Below, piece after piece: positions 1 through 14,500 of a stretch of 64,000 bases of DNA. The stretch is from Elsinoe ampelina (taxonomy: Eukaryota), in contig ML992504.1 of assembly GCA_010093995.1 (NCBI GenBank), positions 1,725,394 through 1,789,393 of the forward strand, in the 5' to 3' direction. The number at the start of each line of letters is the position of its first letter. Position 1 is the first letter of the stretch. Below the pieces are notes generated by a model. That model was not told the DNA's origin and searched no databases. It worked only from the letters and a program-made list of their open reading frames with translations. The position numbers and the translations under genes are program-made.

Positions 1-1503
1 TAAGCCTCGCGGATAAACACCGCTATTACTTGCTATAGCAATAGCCTAGGTAGCATATTAATAAGCGCCTCTAGTTCTCTTACTATACGCTATATAGCTC
101 TCTTCTTAGCGCTAGGCTAGCCGAACTAAGAAGTAACATTTACCGTATTACTTACGCTAACTAGCGTACTCTAGATCTTAATTAGTTTAGTAGCTAATAG
201 CCTAACTAACTTCGAGGGGTTATCGAATGCTACTAATATATTTGCTAGTTTAGTGTTATAAGTAGTAACCTAGTCTTTCTATCTAGCCTTCTTATTCGTA
301 AGTTTAAAGGCGTCCTTAATAAAGCGTATATAATTATGCTCTAAATAATTAGAATCGAGGCTAGTAACTACTCTAAAATTATAGATAGCCTTTGAAAAAT
401 GTGTTATTAAGTGCTATTTCGGAAAGTTAAAGTCGCTCTCTTCTTTCCTATCGCTATAATAGGCCCGGAAGGTTTCTTTATACTTATTTATCCTAAGTGT
501 GTCTTAGCCTAGTAATTACGTACTAAGTTAGTATATATCTCCCTAAGGTCGTTCTAGCTTATTTAAGTATCTAGTAGTATATACTTAGTTAGTAGAGAAG
601 GCACTAGCTACTAAGATTATAACACCTCTAGAGAAGTGCTTAGTATAACTAGCGTAACTAGCACCTCTAGTACTAGTATACTCTATAACTCTTTAATAAT
701 AAGCTTAAGAAATTAAACCTTAATATTACTATAAAATTGTAGCTACTACTTAAGCCTATAATAGAAAGAGCTAAGAGTATTAAAATCCTTAAAGACTACG
801 TATAGTTTAAGGGTGTTTATATAGTTAAAGAGTTTAGTATTACACTTCTTAAAGTATAGCTCGACTTCCCTTTTACTACTAATCTAGTCGACGAGGTAGC
901 TTAAATCTAGCTAGATATTAAATAGACTATTACTAGTGTTACTAGTACTCTTTATAGTGTCGATTATATCTCTATTAAGATTAGTAATTCACTATAAAAG
1001 GAAATTAATAACCTATAGCTACGAGGAGGCTAGTAGTAAAGCCTCCTACTAGCTTAATATCTACTAACCTCTTAGTAATGACAACATAATACTATAAGTA
1101 CTAGAGGTGTTAGAAATAGAGTACTAGGTACCTTTATAACTACCTAAAGCTCCTTATAGTGTTTATTAATTTATATTACTATCTTATAGTACTTAGAGAG
1201 GTTATTAGAGATTACTCTTAGTATAAGTATAGGTTCTTAGACTATTAGTATTCTTAGCTCTCTTTTTTAGCTATCTTAGTAGAGTCTTTTTAATAGCCTT
1301 TATAACTAGCATATTCTCTTCCTTACTAGTTTCTATAGTTATAGCTTAAGGTTTACTTCTCTTATAACTAGTTAGTAGTTTTAAATAAATAGGCTTAGGC
1401 TCGAAGGTTAATAGTAGCTTACTAGCTATTAAGTAGCTAGAGTAATATAAATTACTTAGAGAGTGTTTAATAGGCTTCTCTAATACTAGAGAGTTATAAA
1501 ATC
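1..1503 (-). mobile_element. RIP-degenerated DNA transposase relic, Plavaka-like (continues beyond window start)
   Basis: Minus-strand translation of ~281-449 reads SDFNFPK*HLITHFSKAIYNFRVVTSLDSNYLEHNYIRFIKDAFKLTNKK. This resembles the FNxPKxH..H...I..FG......E..H....K.A...TNK motif of fungal Plavaka transposases, recognised from memory. Confidence 0.55.
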
Positions 1504-1705
1504 TAATACGAGATAGATACGAACTAGATTTAGTTAAGCCTTAGTTTAGATTAGTTATGTAATCTTAGTACTATAGCCTAGGCTTCTAGCTACTTTACTC
1601 TCGATATTATATGTGCTTTATATACTAGCTTTCTTCTTCTTCTTCTAAGTCTCGATATCTTAATAAATAGACGTAATTAACTTCTTATCTTACTAGTTGT
1701 AATTA
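1504..1705 (+). repeat. Gypsy 5' LTR (outer copy)
   Basis: TAATACGAGA...TTGTAATTA, likely TG...CA before RIP. One of five homologous ~202-bp copies in the window. Confidence 0.88.
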
Positions 1706-1959
1706 CTATATTAAGACTTCTAATAACTATAACTAAGTAATAGAGCTATTAAACTATCTAGTTATTCTACTACTTACGTAACTACTAATAACTACTACTT
1801 ACGAAGAATTAAAGAACTAAAGAAGAAGCTATTATAACTATAGTTCCTATATATACTATAATAGATCCTTACTACTACTATATAGATTAATACTATAAAC
1901 TCTAAAGATATAAGAAGAAAGTAATAAGTCGAGTTATAGACGACTTCTAAAGGAAGTAG

Positions 1960-2438
1960 ACCTAGAGTGGTTTTTAGGTACCTAACGCAACCTAAATAGA
2001 CTCTAGATTTAGCCTAATAGAGTTATATTACTCTATGAAAATTTTGCTTTACTTTCGCGTTTCTTGTGATTTACCGCGTTAATCTCGGCTAAAGCTAGGT
2101 AATATATAAATTATAAAAATCTACAAAAAAATACGTACTAAATAGTATATAGTATATTTATATAATCTAAAAGCTTAATTTTATATAAGTATTTAAAAAG
2201 TTTAGCTTTCTTTCTAAAATTAGAGTTTTATATTATATAAGCATACTATATACTATTTAGTATACATTTTTTTGTAGATTCTAATAATATATATATTACT
2301 TAGATTTAGCCGAGATTAACGTAGTAAATCACGAGAAACGCAAAAGTAAAGCGAAATTTTTATAGAGTAATATAACTCTATTAGGCTAAATCTAGAGTCT
2401 AGTTAGGTTGCGTTAGGTACCTAAAAACTACTCTAAGT
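1960..2438. mobile_element. Non-autonomous foldback/MITE-like element with ~220-bp terminal inverted repeats
   Basis: 1960-~2182 is the reverse complement of ~2217-2438, mostly with transition mismatches. It is absent from the homologous Gypsy sequence at ~17905-17925, so it is an insertion. Short 2-3 bp duplication (TA/TAG/AG) at the junction. Confidence 0.85.
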
Positions 2439-4068
2439 AGGCCGCTAGCTAAAATTTTAATATTCTCTTTATTATGTATTAACTTTTTATACTATTCTAT
2501 CTATAACTAACTATACTAAGTATAGCTTACTCTAACTATAGTAATAATAACTATTATATAAGTAAGTTCCCTTTACCTTCTATTAATAATAATAACGAAC
2601 TAGTCTAGTTAGCCTATTATAACCTTATCTACCTTAATAACTCTAACCTTAAAAAGAGACTATAAGAGATAGATAGTATAACTACTCTATATAAGGCTTT
2701 CTTTTTTATTAAGTCTACCTATAACAAATAGGTCGCTATATATAACTTAGTATACTCCGACGCTCTTAACCTATATAACTAGTTAGATAATACTCTACTC
2801 GAGCTAGATATAGCTAATAGTACTACTAATAACCTTACTACCTAGGCTATATACTACCTTACTAATATTAGTAGGCTTAAAGCTAAACTAGCCTAGCTAA
2901 GAGCTAAGATAGGACGTACTATACTAGCTTCCTCTATACGTAGTACTATATTGTCTAAAAAGATACTAGACTCTACTATCTTCTCTAGTAGTACTCTAGA
3001 ATAGTTTAAGGTCTTTAAGTATTAGATAAAGAATAAGATATATACTAACGCTAACTACTTCTCTACTAAGGCTACTTAGTTTACCTATCTCTACTTACGT
3101 CTCTCTAGTAAAGCCTATACTCTTATTATAGACTCTACTAGAGATAATACTATTAACGTTAATACTACTCTTAGCCTCTTAGTCTAGCACTTTAAGGATC
3201 CTAACTATAAGGTAACTACGCGCGCCTAGTTTACTAGCCTCTTCTAGTATAATATCTCTTTTAACTCCTTTATTAGCAAATTTAATAAGTATACTCTTTA
3301 TACTAAGATTACTAAAGATAAATAGCTTTACTAGCTACGCTAGAAGATATCTAATAAGCTATATATTGCCCTTATTAACTTCGACACTAACGACCTCTCT
3401 ATCTTTATTATAAAGGCTTATACTACTAACTATAATATCTAATAGAGTAACCTTATTACTAAACGTACTTAAGTCTTACGCTCTATACTAGCTATAAGTT
3501 ACGCCGCTACTATACTAACTCGTATATAGAGTAGTTTTTAGGTTAGGTTAGGTACTAGAATTACTACCTATAACTTAACCTATAGTAATACTAGTACCTA
3601 AAGCTTAGCTACTATAACTCTCTAAGCCTTAGGTAGTATTACTTAGCCTTAGGTATATAGTTAGTTATAGTATTACTTATAACACTACCTAATAGTACCT
3701 ATAGGTACCTAAGAGTTAAGAAGTAGATATATATCTTAAGAACTTAAGATTTAGAAATTAAAATTTAAAAGTTAATGATATTAATTACGTTTATTAATTA
3801 TGTTAATCTTACTAGCACCTCCTATCTACTCTTATAGCCTATGCCTTACTTACTTATCTACCTTTATAGAATAATTATCCTTACTATAAACTATCTAATC
3901 GTCCTAGTTATATATATTAAACTTTATATAATAGCGACAAGTAAGCTATAAATCTTTCTAGTTAATAGTAACTCGCTTAGTATAAATGTAATTAAGGTTT
4001 ATATCTAAGAATATTAGTATTTATAATAGTATTAAATTTAAATAATAAATACCTTCTATATACCTAAC

Positions 4069-4270
4069 TAATTACAACTAGTAAGATAAGAAGTTAATTA
4101 CGTCTATTTATTAAAATATTAAGACTTAGAAGAAGAAGAAGAAAGCTAGTATACAAAGTATATATAATATTAAGAGTAGAGTAGCTAGAAGTCTAGGCTA
4201 CGATACTAAGATTATATAACTAATCTAAACTAAATTCTAACTAAATCTAGTTCGTATCTATCTTATATTA
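4069..4270 (-). repeat. Gypsy 3' LTR (truncated inner copy)
   Basis: Reverse complement of the 1504-1705 LTR. Confidence 0.88.
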
Positions 4271-6870
4271 CTATCTCCTCTCTTAAATACGTTTACTCTT
4301 AAACGCTATTATATACTATCTATTAATCTATTTTAGCCTTAGCTTATTCGTATAAGAGTCTAGATAGTTATATAGTATATTAGCTACTTCTTTAAGATTG
4401 TTAATTAGCTACTAGGTAAGATTCTCTAGATATTCCTTCTAGCTTACATAGGTAACTAGCTTCCTTTATAATATATATATATTAATTATATTATCTACCT
4501 TATACTTCTCTTTACTATTAACCTCTATTAGAGGTAGCTCTTTAAAGGCTTAGCCTAGAAGAGAGTTATTAGGGTACTTAGTTAAGAGATTAGCGTAGAA
4601 TACTAGGTAAATTTATTATAGCGCTAGTAGAAGCTCTAGCTTATATAATAGCCTTAAATACTTCTTTAAGATCTTATATAGACTAACGTATTTTAGTAGT
4701 AGCTTTAGATTACCTTAAAGCTAGAGGTTTTTTATCGATAACTAAACTAAATTACCTACCTTAAATTCTATTAGCTAGTAGTGTTTATTAGCCTATTCTA
4801 CTATACGTAATTAGGCAATAGCGAGGTTTACCTTAGCGATAGATAGCGCCTCCTCTAGTTATTTAGTAAGTACTTAAATATTAGCCTTATTAAGCTTAGC
4901 TCTTATTAATAGTACATTAGAGGAAGGCTAGAAGCTTAGCCTAGACTTATATCCTCTAGTAACCTTAAAGAGTAATAACTTAGTGCTTTCTAATAGGCTA
5001 GTATTAGTAGAGAACTCTACTACTAGTAGAATAAGAGTCTAATTACTAAAGCGTATAGCGTATAAATAAATAACTTACTTTAACTTATAATTTATAACCT
5101 CTAATTAGCTATTAGTTTAAGAGTAGCTAGTAGTCGAGAGCTTAGCTATAATTTTTAGAATCTAGTAGAGCCTACTCTATATATCGCTAATAAACTAGAG
5201 ACTATAGTCGGAGGTAATACTATCTAGTAGGCTATATAGTTTCTATACGTAGAAGAATAATAACTTAGTAGTCTTAAACGCTAAAGTCTCTCTATCTCTA
5301 GAGAAGTAAGGAGTTAAGTGTTATTTCTTAGATAAATAATTAACAATGTAGAGTACTATATTATAGCTATTAGCTAAGGGTAGACTAGTAACGAAGTCTA
5401 TTATAATATATTACTAAGGCCTCTCTAGAATAGGTAAAGGCGATAGAAGGCTAGCTAGTAAGCCGTAGTAAGCCTTTAAGTGTTTATAGTTATATTAATT
5501 AGTAATAAACCTCCTAATAAAGTTATTATAGCCTAGAATAAAAAAGGTAGTCTTAATTATAGTAGCTATTTTAGTAGCTCTAGTATATATATAGTCCTTT
5601 AATATATAGACCTCTTAGATAACCTTTATAGCTATTAACTATAGTACGAATAGTTAGCTAGCGACCTATAATATCCCTTTATTAATAGTAATATTAGTTA
5701 ATAGTAGCTATTTTCTCTTTAGAAAGGCCTCTATTATATAGTAGATACCTTAAACTATTTTACACTTAGCGTTCTATAAGTTAGCTTTAGCTAGTTCTTC
5801 GAAAAGAGATAAAGGCTCTTCTATAGCTATTATAGGTACTATATAGATGCCTAGTTCGGTAGCCGAAATAGATACTAATATAAGTTATAAAATAGAAAGT
5901 AAGATAGGTAATAAGCTAGATAATAAACTAGTTCGCAAACTAGATAATAAACTAGATACTAGTTCGACTCGAGCTAGTAATCTAGTTTAGATACGACCTA
6001 GATTTAGTTTGTTAATAATATATAGATTAAGTACCATATATAGTAATAACGTCTAGTAGAGGTTAGGGTCTTCCTTTAAGTATAGTATATCTCTATTTCT
6101 TCTTATAAGTACGTTAGCTTTACTATTAGTAGCGCTAGGCCTATATATAATCTTAAAGTTAAACTATATAAGGTAGAGGGCCTAGTGTACTTAGCGGCGT
6201 AATAGCTTCTACGTCTTTATAAAGTGTATTAAGGATTAGTAGTTAGTAAAGACATAGATAGCCTTATCGAATTAAGTACTTATAAGCTTAGAGGCCTACT
6301 TCTTAAAGGCTTAAATAATAGCTAGTAGTTCTTTGTCGTAGATAGTATAGTTATATTTAGCTTTATTTATAGACTTACTAAAAAAGGTAATAGGCTAGAG
6401 AACGTTAGATTTATTATATTATAATAGAATTCTAGTAGTAGTAGTATTAGAAGTGTTAGTCTTAAGAACTATCTACTTCGAGTAATTAAAGTATATAAGG
6501 ATAGGTATACTTATAATAGTATACTTTATATAATTAAATATAGTAGTATACTTATTATTCTATAGTATAGTGTCTTTCTTAAGTAGATTGTTTAATAGCT
6601 TAGCGATAGTACTAAATCCCTTAATAAAGTAGCGATAGTAGCTATAGAAGCTAATAAAGCTTCTTACCTAAGTAGTATTACTAGGGGCTAGCTATTTCTA
6701 TACTTAAATAGCTTCTACCTTCTTAGGGTCTATCTTAACTCTATCTTAGCTAATAATAATACTAAGGTACTTTACCTCTATTAGGTAGAACCTACTCTTC
6801 TTAATGTTAGTGTTTAGGTCTAATTTATAGAGCCTCTAGAGCGTAAGCTTAATATACTTAGCGTGCTCTC
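4069..6870 (-). mobile_element. Truncated Ty3/Gypsy chromovirus copy (3' LTR, chromodomain, integrase, RNase H, partial RT)
   Basis: 3' LTR at 4069-4270 followed by the reverse-complemented PPT. Colinear with 6871-~9660. RIP-altered RNase H motifs (VLETDAS-like ~6450-6470, NYxIYDKELLAI-like ~6318-6353). Breaks off within RT. Confidence 0.88.
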
Positions 6871-7073
6871 TAATTACAACTAGTAAGATAAGAAGTTAAT
6901 TATATCTATTTATTAAAATATTAAGACTTAGAAGAAGAAGAAGAAAGCTAGTATATAAAGTACATATAATATTAAGAGTAGAGTAGCTAGAAGCCTAAGC
7001 TATAATACTAAGATTATATAACTAATCTAAACTAGATCCTAACTAAATCTAGTTTGTAATTTATCTTATATTA
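6871..7073 (-). repeat. Gypsy 3' LTR (full inner copy)
   Basis: Homologous to the other four LTR copies and followed by the reverse-complemented PPT. Confidence 0.88.
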
Positions 7074-10000
7074 CTACCTTCTCTCTTAAATGCGTTTACT
7101 CTTAAACGCTATTATATATTATTTATTAATCTATCTTAGTCTTAGCTTATCCCTATAAGAGTCTAGATAGTTATATAGTATATTAGCTACTCCTTTAAGA
7201 TTATTAATTAGCTACTAGGTAAGATCCTCTAGATATTCTTTCTAGCTTACGTAGGTAACTAGCCTACTATATAGTATATATATATTAATTATGTTATCTA
7301 CCTTATACTCTTCTTTACTATCGACCTCTATTAGAGGTAGCTCTTTAAAGGCTTAGCCTAGAAGAGAGTTATTAGAGTACTTAGTTAGGAGGTTAGCGTA
7401 GAATACTAAGTAAATTTGTTATAGCACTAGCGAAAGCTCTAGCTTATATAATAGCTTTAAATACTTCTTTAAGATTTTATATAGACTAACGTATTTTAGT
7501 AGTAGCTTTAGATTACTTTAAAGCTAGAGGTTTTTCGTTAATAACTAAACTAAATTACCTACCTTAAATTCTAGTAGCTAGCGGTGTTTATTAGCCTATT
7601 CTACTATACGTAATTAAGTAATAGTAAGGTTTACCTTAGCGATAGATAGCGCCTCCTTTAGCTATTTAGTAAGCGCGCGGATATTAGCCTTATTAAGCTT
7701 AGCTCTTATTAATAGTACATCGGAAGAGAGCTAGAAGCTTAGCCTTAGCTTATATCCTCTATTAACCTTAAATAGCAATAATTTAGTACTCTCTAAAGAA
7801 CTAGTATTAGTAGAGAATTTAGCAACTAGTAGAATAAGGGTCTAATTACTAAAACGTGTTATATATAAACAAACAACTCGCTTAAATTTATAATTTATAA
7901 CCTCTAACTAGCTATCTATTTATAGGTGTCCTATAGTAGATAGTTTAGTAGTAATCTTTAGAATCTAGTATAGTCTTTTCTATACGTCGCTAACGAATTA
8001 AGAGCTATAGTTAGAGGTAATACTATCTAGTAGACTATATAGTTTCTATACGTAGAAGAATAATAGCTTAGTAGTCTCGAACACTAAGGTCTCTCTATCT
8101 CTAGAGAAGTAAGGAATTAAGTATTATTCCTTAGATAAATAATTAACAATATAGAGTACTATATTATAGCTATTAGCTAAGGGTAGACTAGTAACGAAGT
8201 CTATTATAATATATTACTAAGGCCTCTCTAGAATAGGTAAAGGTAATAGAAGGCTAGCTAGTAAGCTATAGTAGGCCTTTAAGCATTTATAGTTATAGTA
8301 ATTAGTAATAAACCTCTTAATAAAGTTATTATAGCCTAGGATAAAAAAGGTAGTCTTAATTATAGTAGCTATTTTAGTAGCTCTAGTATATATATAGTTC
8401 TTTAATATATAGACCTCTTAGATAACCTTTATAGCTATTAACTATAGTATAAATAGTTAGCCGGCGACCTATAACATCCCTTTATTAATAGTAATATTAG
8501 TCGATAGTAGCTATTTCCTCTTTAGGAAGGTCTCTATTATATAGTAGATGCCTCGAACTGTTTTATACTTAGCGTTCTATAAGTTAGCTTTAGCTACTTC
8601 TTTAAAAAGAGATAAAGACTCTTCTATAGCTATTATAGGTACTACGTAGATACCTAGTTTAGTAGCCGAAGTAGGCACTAATATAGGTAGTAAAGTAGAT
8701 AGTAAACTAGTTTATAAACTAGATTTTAGTTTAGTAGCCGAACTAGTTCTTAGTTTAGCTTAAGTCGCTAGTCTAGTTCGGATATAGCCTAGATATAGCT
8801 CGTCGATAATACGCTAATTAAGCACTTTATATAGTAGTAGCGTCTAGCGAAAGTTAGAGTTTTCCTTTAAGTATAGTATATCTCTATTTCTTCTCGTAAG
8901 TATATTAGCTTTACTATTTATAGTACTAGGCCTATATATAATCTTAAAGTTAAACTACGTAAGGTAGAGAGCCTAGCGTACTTAGTAGCGTAATAGCTTT
9001 TAAGTCTTTATAAAGTGTATTAAGGATTAGTAGTTAGTAAGGACATAGATAGCCTTATTAGATTAAGTACTTATAAGCTTAGGGGCCTATTCCTCGAAAG
9101 CTTAGATAATAGCTAGTAATTCCTTATTATAGATAGTATAGTTATGCTTAGCTTTACTTATAGACTTACTAAAAAAGGTAATAGAGTAAAGGACGTTAGA
9201 CCTATTATATTATAATAGAACTCTAGCGGTAGTAGTATTAGAAGTGTTAGTCTTAAGAACTATCTATTTTAAGTAGTTAAAGTAAGTAAGGACTAGTATA
9301 GTAGTAATAGTGTACTTTATATAATTAAATACTATAGTATACTTATTATTCTAGAGTAAGGTATCCTTCTTAAGTAGATTATTTAGTAGCTTAGTAATAG
9401 TGCTAAATCCCTTAATAAAGTAGCGATAATAGCTATAGAAACTAATAAAGCTTCTTATCTAAGTAGTATTACTAGGGGCTAGCTACTTCTATACTTAAAT
9501 AGCTTCTATCTTCTTAGGATCTATCTTAACTCTATCTTAGCTAATAATAATACTAAGGTACTTTACTTCCGTTAGGTAGAACTTACTCTTCTTAATATTA
9601 GTATTTAGGCCTAATTCGTAGAGTCTCTAAAGTACTAGCTTAATATACTTAGCGTACTTATAGTAAGAGCTATTAGTATAAATAAGAATATTATTAAGAT
9701 AGATTAACACGAAGCGCTCTAGTATATTAATAAAGTTATAATTTATAAATCTCTACTATATAGTAGAGGCGTTAGTAAGGCCGAATAGTATTACTAGCTA
9801 CTTAAAGTTGCCTATATATATAAAGAATATAGTAAGGTCCTTACTATTAACAGAATTATAGAGGTAGTAGAATACCTAGCGGATGTTAATCTTACTAAAC
9901 TACTTAGTCTTACTTACGTATATAAGTATCTCTTTAATAAGAGGTAGTAGATAGATATCTTACTTAGTTACCTTATTAAGGCTATAGTAATCGACGTAAA

Positions 10001-11307
10001 GGCGGAGCTCTCCTTCTAGCTTATAAACAAAGAGAATAAGTAATAAGTAGCTAGTAGAGCTTAGTATAATAAAGCCTTTATTAAGGTATTTATAGATAAA
10101 TTACTCTACTATATCGAGCTTCTTAAAGAATAGGCGCTATAGAGGTTCTATACGTAGTAGTTTAGCGCTGTCCTTTAGAGTAATATAGTTATTAAACTCT
10201 AGCTAGTATAATAGAAGTATATTAGATTATTCCTTAGAGAAAACATTAGTAAACTCTTATAGTTCTTCTAGAAGAACTACTATAGGATCTAGCTCTAGCT
10301 TAGAGGCTATTTAGTAGTAATCTTTAATATTCTTTACTAAGATTATAAATACCTTATTCTCTTAGTACTTAGCTACTAATACGAAGGCAGCGGCGCTAAT
10401 AAAAGCAATAGTTAGCTATTCTTACCTAGTGTTACTTACGTAGGTAAGTATATAGAAGAACTTTTATATTAACTAAGTACTATAGGAGATTAGCTTAAAC
10501 TCTCTCTAATTTAGCTTAAAGTTCGACCTAAGAGCTAGCAGTTAATATAGTCTAGTTCGCCCTATCTTAGTAGCTAAGCTAGAACCTAGTTTATATATTA
10601 AACTAGGACCGAACTAATTCTAAACTAAAACGGCAGCTTTACTAAGCTAGATTCCTAGATCTAAGCTAGGCTTAGATCTAGATTCTAGCCTTTTAATTAG
10701 CTACGGTAGCTTCTACTTAATAACTATTAGCGAAAACTCTTCTTTATATATAACTTAGCTATACTTATAGTCGATAGTAGCCCTATTAGCCTTAAGCTAG
10801 CTAAGGCTAAGAATAATATTAAATCGGCTAACATCTATAATACGAAAGGTAGTAAGGTTATTTAGCTTACTAGAAATAGTAGTAGTAAGGGGAATACTAT
10901 ATATAACTTACTCTATTAGAATACTATTATAGGCTTAAAGCTAAATAGGACTAGCTAGTACTATAGGGCAGCCGAAGCTCTTTAGCTTATTAAGGACGTT
11001 ATAATTAACTATAGCGCTAATAAGTACGCTAGTATTAATAAAGGCTTAAAGTGTAATAGTACGTAAGTAGTTATAGGAGTTGTAAATAGTAATAGGAGTT
11101 ATAATAGTAGGGATGTAATAGCTAATAACGCTATTTATTACGCGTATATCTCTAGATCTATCTCGAATTACCCTTATTCTACTAGAGGATAGAACTTATT
11201 CTCTAGCTACTTATTTCTCTAGCTAGAGAAACTAGTAGGTTTATAGTCTATTTTAGAGTCGAACTAAGGCTAAACTAGATCTAGTTCGTAAGCTAAACTA
11301 GTATTAA

Positions 11308-11515
11308 TGTTAAGAATACAGCTCTCTCTAGATGATTAGACTAAGGCCCGAAGGTTACATAACTACAGGTTATATAATGCTAAGTCCTAGGGATTTATAG
11401 CTGTTCTTTCTTTTAGTAGATAGACTCCTTAATCAATTAACTCGTCTATCACCTAACCAGTGTACAGATTAGTTCTATATAATACTCCACCCCTAAACGT
11501 GCCTTCCGCTTAACA
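11308..11515 (+). repeat. Copia 5' LTR
   Basis: TGTTAAGAATAC...CCGCTTAACA; direct repeat of 16366-16573. Confidence 0.96.
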
Positions 11516-14500
11516 GGTTATAAGCCCGGAGCTTATAGCACTAGTATAGGATTGTATATAAAGTAGTTAAGTATCTACTTTATCAAAATTAGGCCGGATT
11601 CCCTAGTATACTCCTCCGTATCCCCTTTATTATCCGATCCTAGACAGATTAGTAGAGGCAGTATAAAGCGTAAAAGACTAGTTGCTTAGTGCATTAAGCA
11701 AGGACTCCCTAACGTAGTCTAGTATAGGTTTTAACCCTGTAAACGCACAACAGCTGCCGTTTATTAGCTGTCATTAATAAAACAACAATCTTAAAGGTCA
11801 TTTATCAAAAGGAACTTAACCTTTATCTATTTATTTAAATTTTCTTCTCTCCTAGAACTTATCCTTAACTATAGAGAATAACAACACCTAATTAAGGCAG
11901 CTAGTGCTAACACTCTCGAAAGACAACTATAAGAGGTAGTTCTAACAGATAGAGCTCTAGCTAGCATCTAAGAAGGTGTTAAAGACCCTTACTTCCCTTA
12001 CTAAACTACTAGTAATAACTCTAGGGTTATTATTAGCTTCCTTATTCGACTCCTAGTACTCTCCTTAGTTAGTAGAGGAGAATAGTGCTGCCCTTTACTA
12101 GATCTATAGGTATATCTTAGAAAGAGATTAAGAGATGATTTAGGAATAGTAGTAGGCTAAACTAGCTTAGGAGAAGCTAAAGAGCAAGTATATAAAGCAG
12201 ACAGGTGCATAGGTAAGACAATTATAGAGAGAGTTTGTCACATACACTATAAGTAATAAGACAACTATCTTAGAAGCCTAGTTACACCTAACTATATTAG
12301 GAAGGAGGATTAATAGATCTTTAGAGATTAAGCAATACTCTACACTAACTACAAGAATCTAAACTCTGCTTGCTACTCTTCTAGCTTTGTAGTTATCTAC
12401 AAGAGATGCCTTAGATACTTAGCTATACCTTAGTGTAGATAAGATCTATAATATCCTTAAGGAAAAGGAAGCCTAGAAGGGAGAAGAGGAATCTGCTATA
12501 TTTATAAGAGGCAGACTATAAGGAACTAGTAGGAGTTTAACTTATATATATATCTTATGTAAGGAACCTAGACACTCTATGTCTAGGTGCCCTTATCTCT
12601 AATAAGCTAAGAAGCATGTCTAGCCTTCCTATAGGGTTACTAAAAGAGCTAGTCCTATAAGGAGACAGTTACCTAAACGCTAGGAGCTGCTTAAGCTTAT
12701 AAGATAGCTTACTAAGAGGATAGATTCTCTAGAAGCAGCCAAGTTAAAGAGGAAAGGCAAAGCCTATCTAGCTACTAAAGGAGGTTTTCTATTAATATCT
12801 CTATCTCTACTACTAGAAGTTCTTTCTAGTGCTAAAGAACTTAAGACTATAGGCTCTACATTAGAGGTATAAGGTAAGCTTCTACATTATTAGTAGATGC
12901 TTAACTCTAGAGTATCTAACTATATAATAGACAAGCTAACCCTCTTTAGGGGCCTATTAAGCAAGATACGTACTTAATAGATCTAGGTTAGGGGAGGTTA
13001 CCTTTAGTTATAGTTAATAGGAACTGCTATTATTAAGACTAAGAAGGGAGATAAGATAAAGGTATAGGCTCTTTATGTACCTAATCTTAGTGTTAATTTA
13101 GTCTTCTATTATAAGCTATGTACAGATTTAGAAGTTTCTAGAGTTCTTAATTTAAATTCTTTTCTTGTTTTTGATTTATAAAAGCAGCTACTACTTAAAG
13201 CTAAAATTCGAGGGGGGGTATATATTATCTAATTCCTCTTTAAGTAGTTAGCTAATCAAAAGCCGCATTCTAGATCTAAGCCCGGCTTAATTCTAGATTT
13301 AGCTAATTAGGACATAGCATTCCTTACTACTTAGCTAGTAATTACATTACACACTAAGTATATACATCTAACCTAGGATAAGTAATATAAGAATCTTATT
13401 AATTTAAGACCCGACAACTCTAACATAGAGTACTAACTCTAGTATAGGAGATTTACTTACCTTAGAGTTAAGAAGCTTAGGGATCTTTATAAGGTTATAA
13501 CCCTTAAGAAGCCTATTAATTTAAACTATAATTTGTTAATCCTATATAAGGTCTATTCCTTAACAAAGATAAGGAATAGAAGAGGCAAAACTTTATAGAG
13601 AAGACTAGAGGTTCTTTAGCTTGTTTATACTAACATCTGTAGCCTAATTAAAGCAAGTAGGGAAGGATTTAGATACTTCCTAGAGCTTGTAGATAGCTAT
13701 TTAAGAATAATATAGATTATACCACTTAAGACAAGAGATAAAGCTCTATAGAGGCTTATTAAGTAGAAGCTAAGGGTTAAGAAGGAAAGTGATGCTAAAG
13801 TCAAGGTTACTAGATTAGATAATACTAGTAAGCTTAACAAGATCCTAAAGCAGTAGGAGCGCTAAGAAGGCATCTATTATATAACTACTAAGCTATATAA
13901 TTCAATCTAGAATAGACTAGTAGAGAAAGGCATCTAAACCTTAGAGAATAGCATAAGAGTAATACTTAAGGACTTAAAGATGCTAAATAAGTTCTAGCCT
14001 AAAGCAGTTTAGGCAGATGTATATCTAAGGAACAGGACAGCAACTAGACCTATAATTAATAATAAGCAAGTTACACTAATTAAGGCCTACACAGGCATTA
14101 AGCTATTAGTTAATTACATTAGAGTCTAGGGCTATAAGGTATATACCTATATAAACCTAAAGTCCCTTCCTATACATAGAAGAAAAGATAAGCTTATAGA
14201 CAGAGAGAGAGTAGGAGTATTCCTTAGCTATATAGATAGAACTAACAGGATATATAAGATATAGGCACCTAATAGGAAGGCAGTAGTTGTATTACTAAAT
14301 GTTAAGTTTTCTAAATTTAAGAAAGGTAGGAATGTTAATCTTAGTATTAAGATTAGCACTATAAGCAATTAAGCACTAGTTAGGAGACCAATTAGTAGAC
14401 TAACCCAGATCCGAGCCTAGCTTAATCCTAAGGTAGACTAATTAGACTAGCCTATTTAGCAAGAAGCGCCTATAGAGAGAATCTTCTTATACATCGAGAT

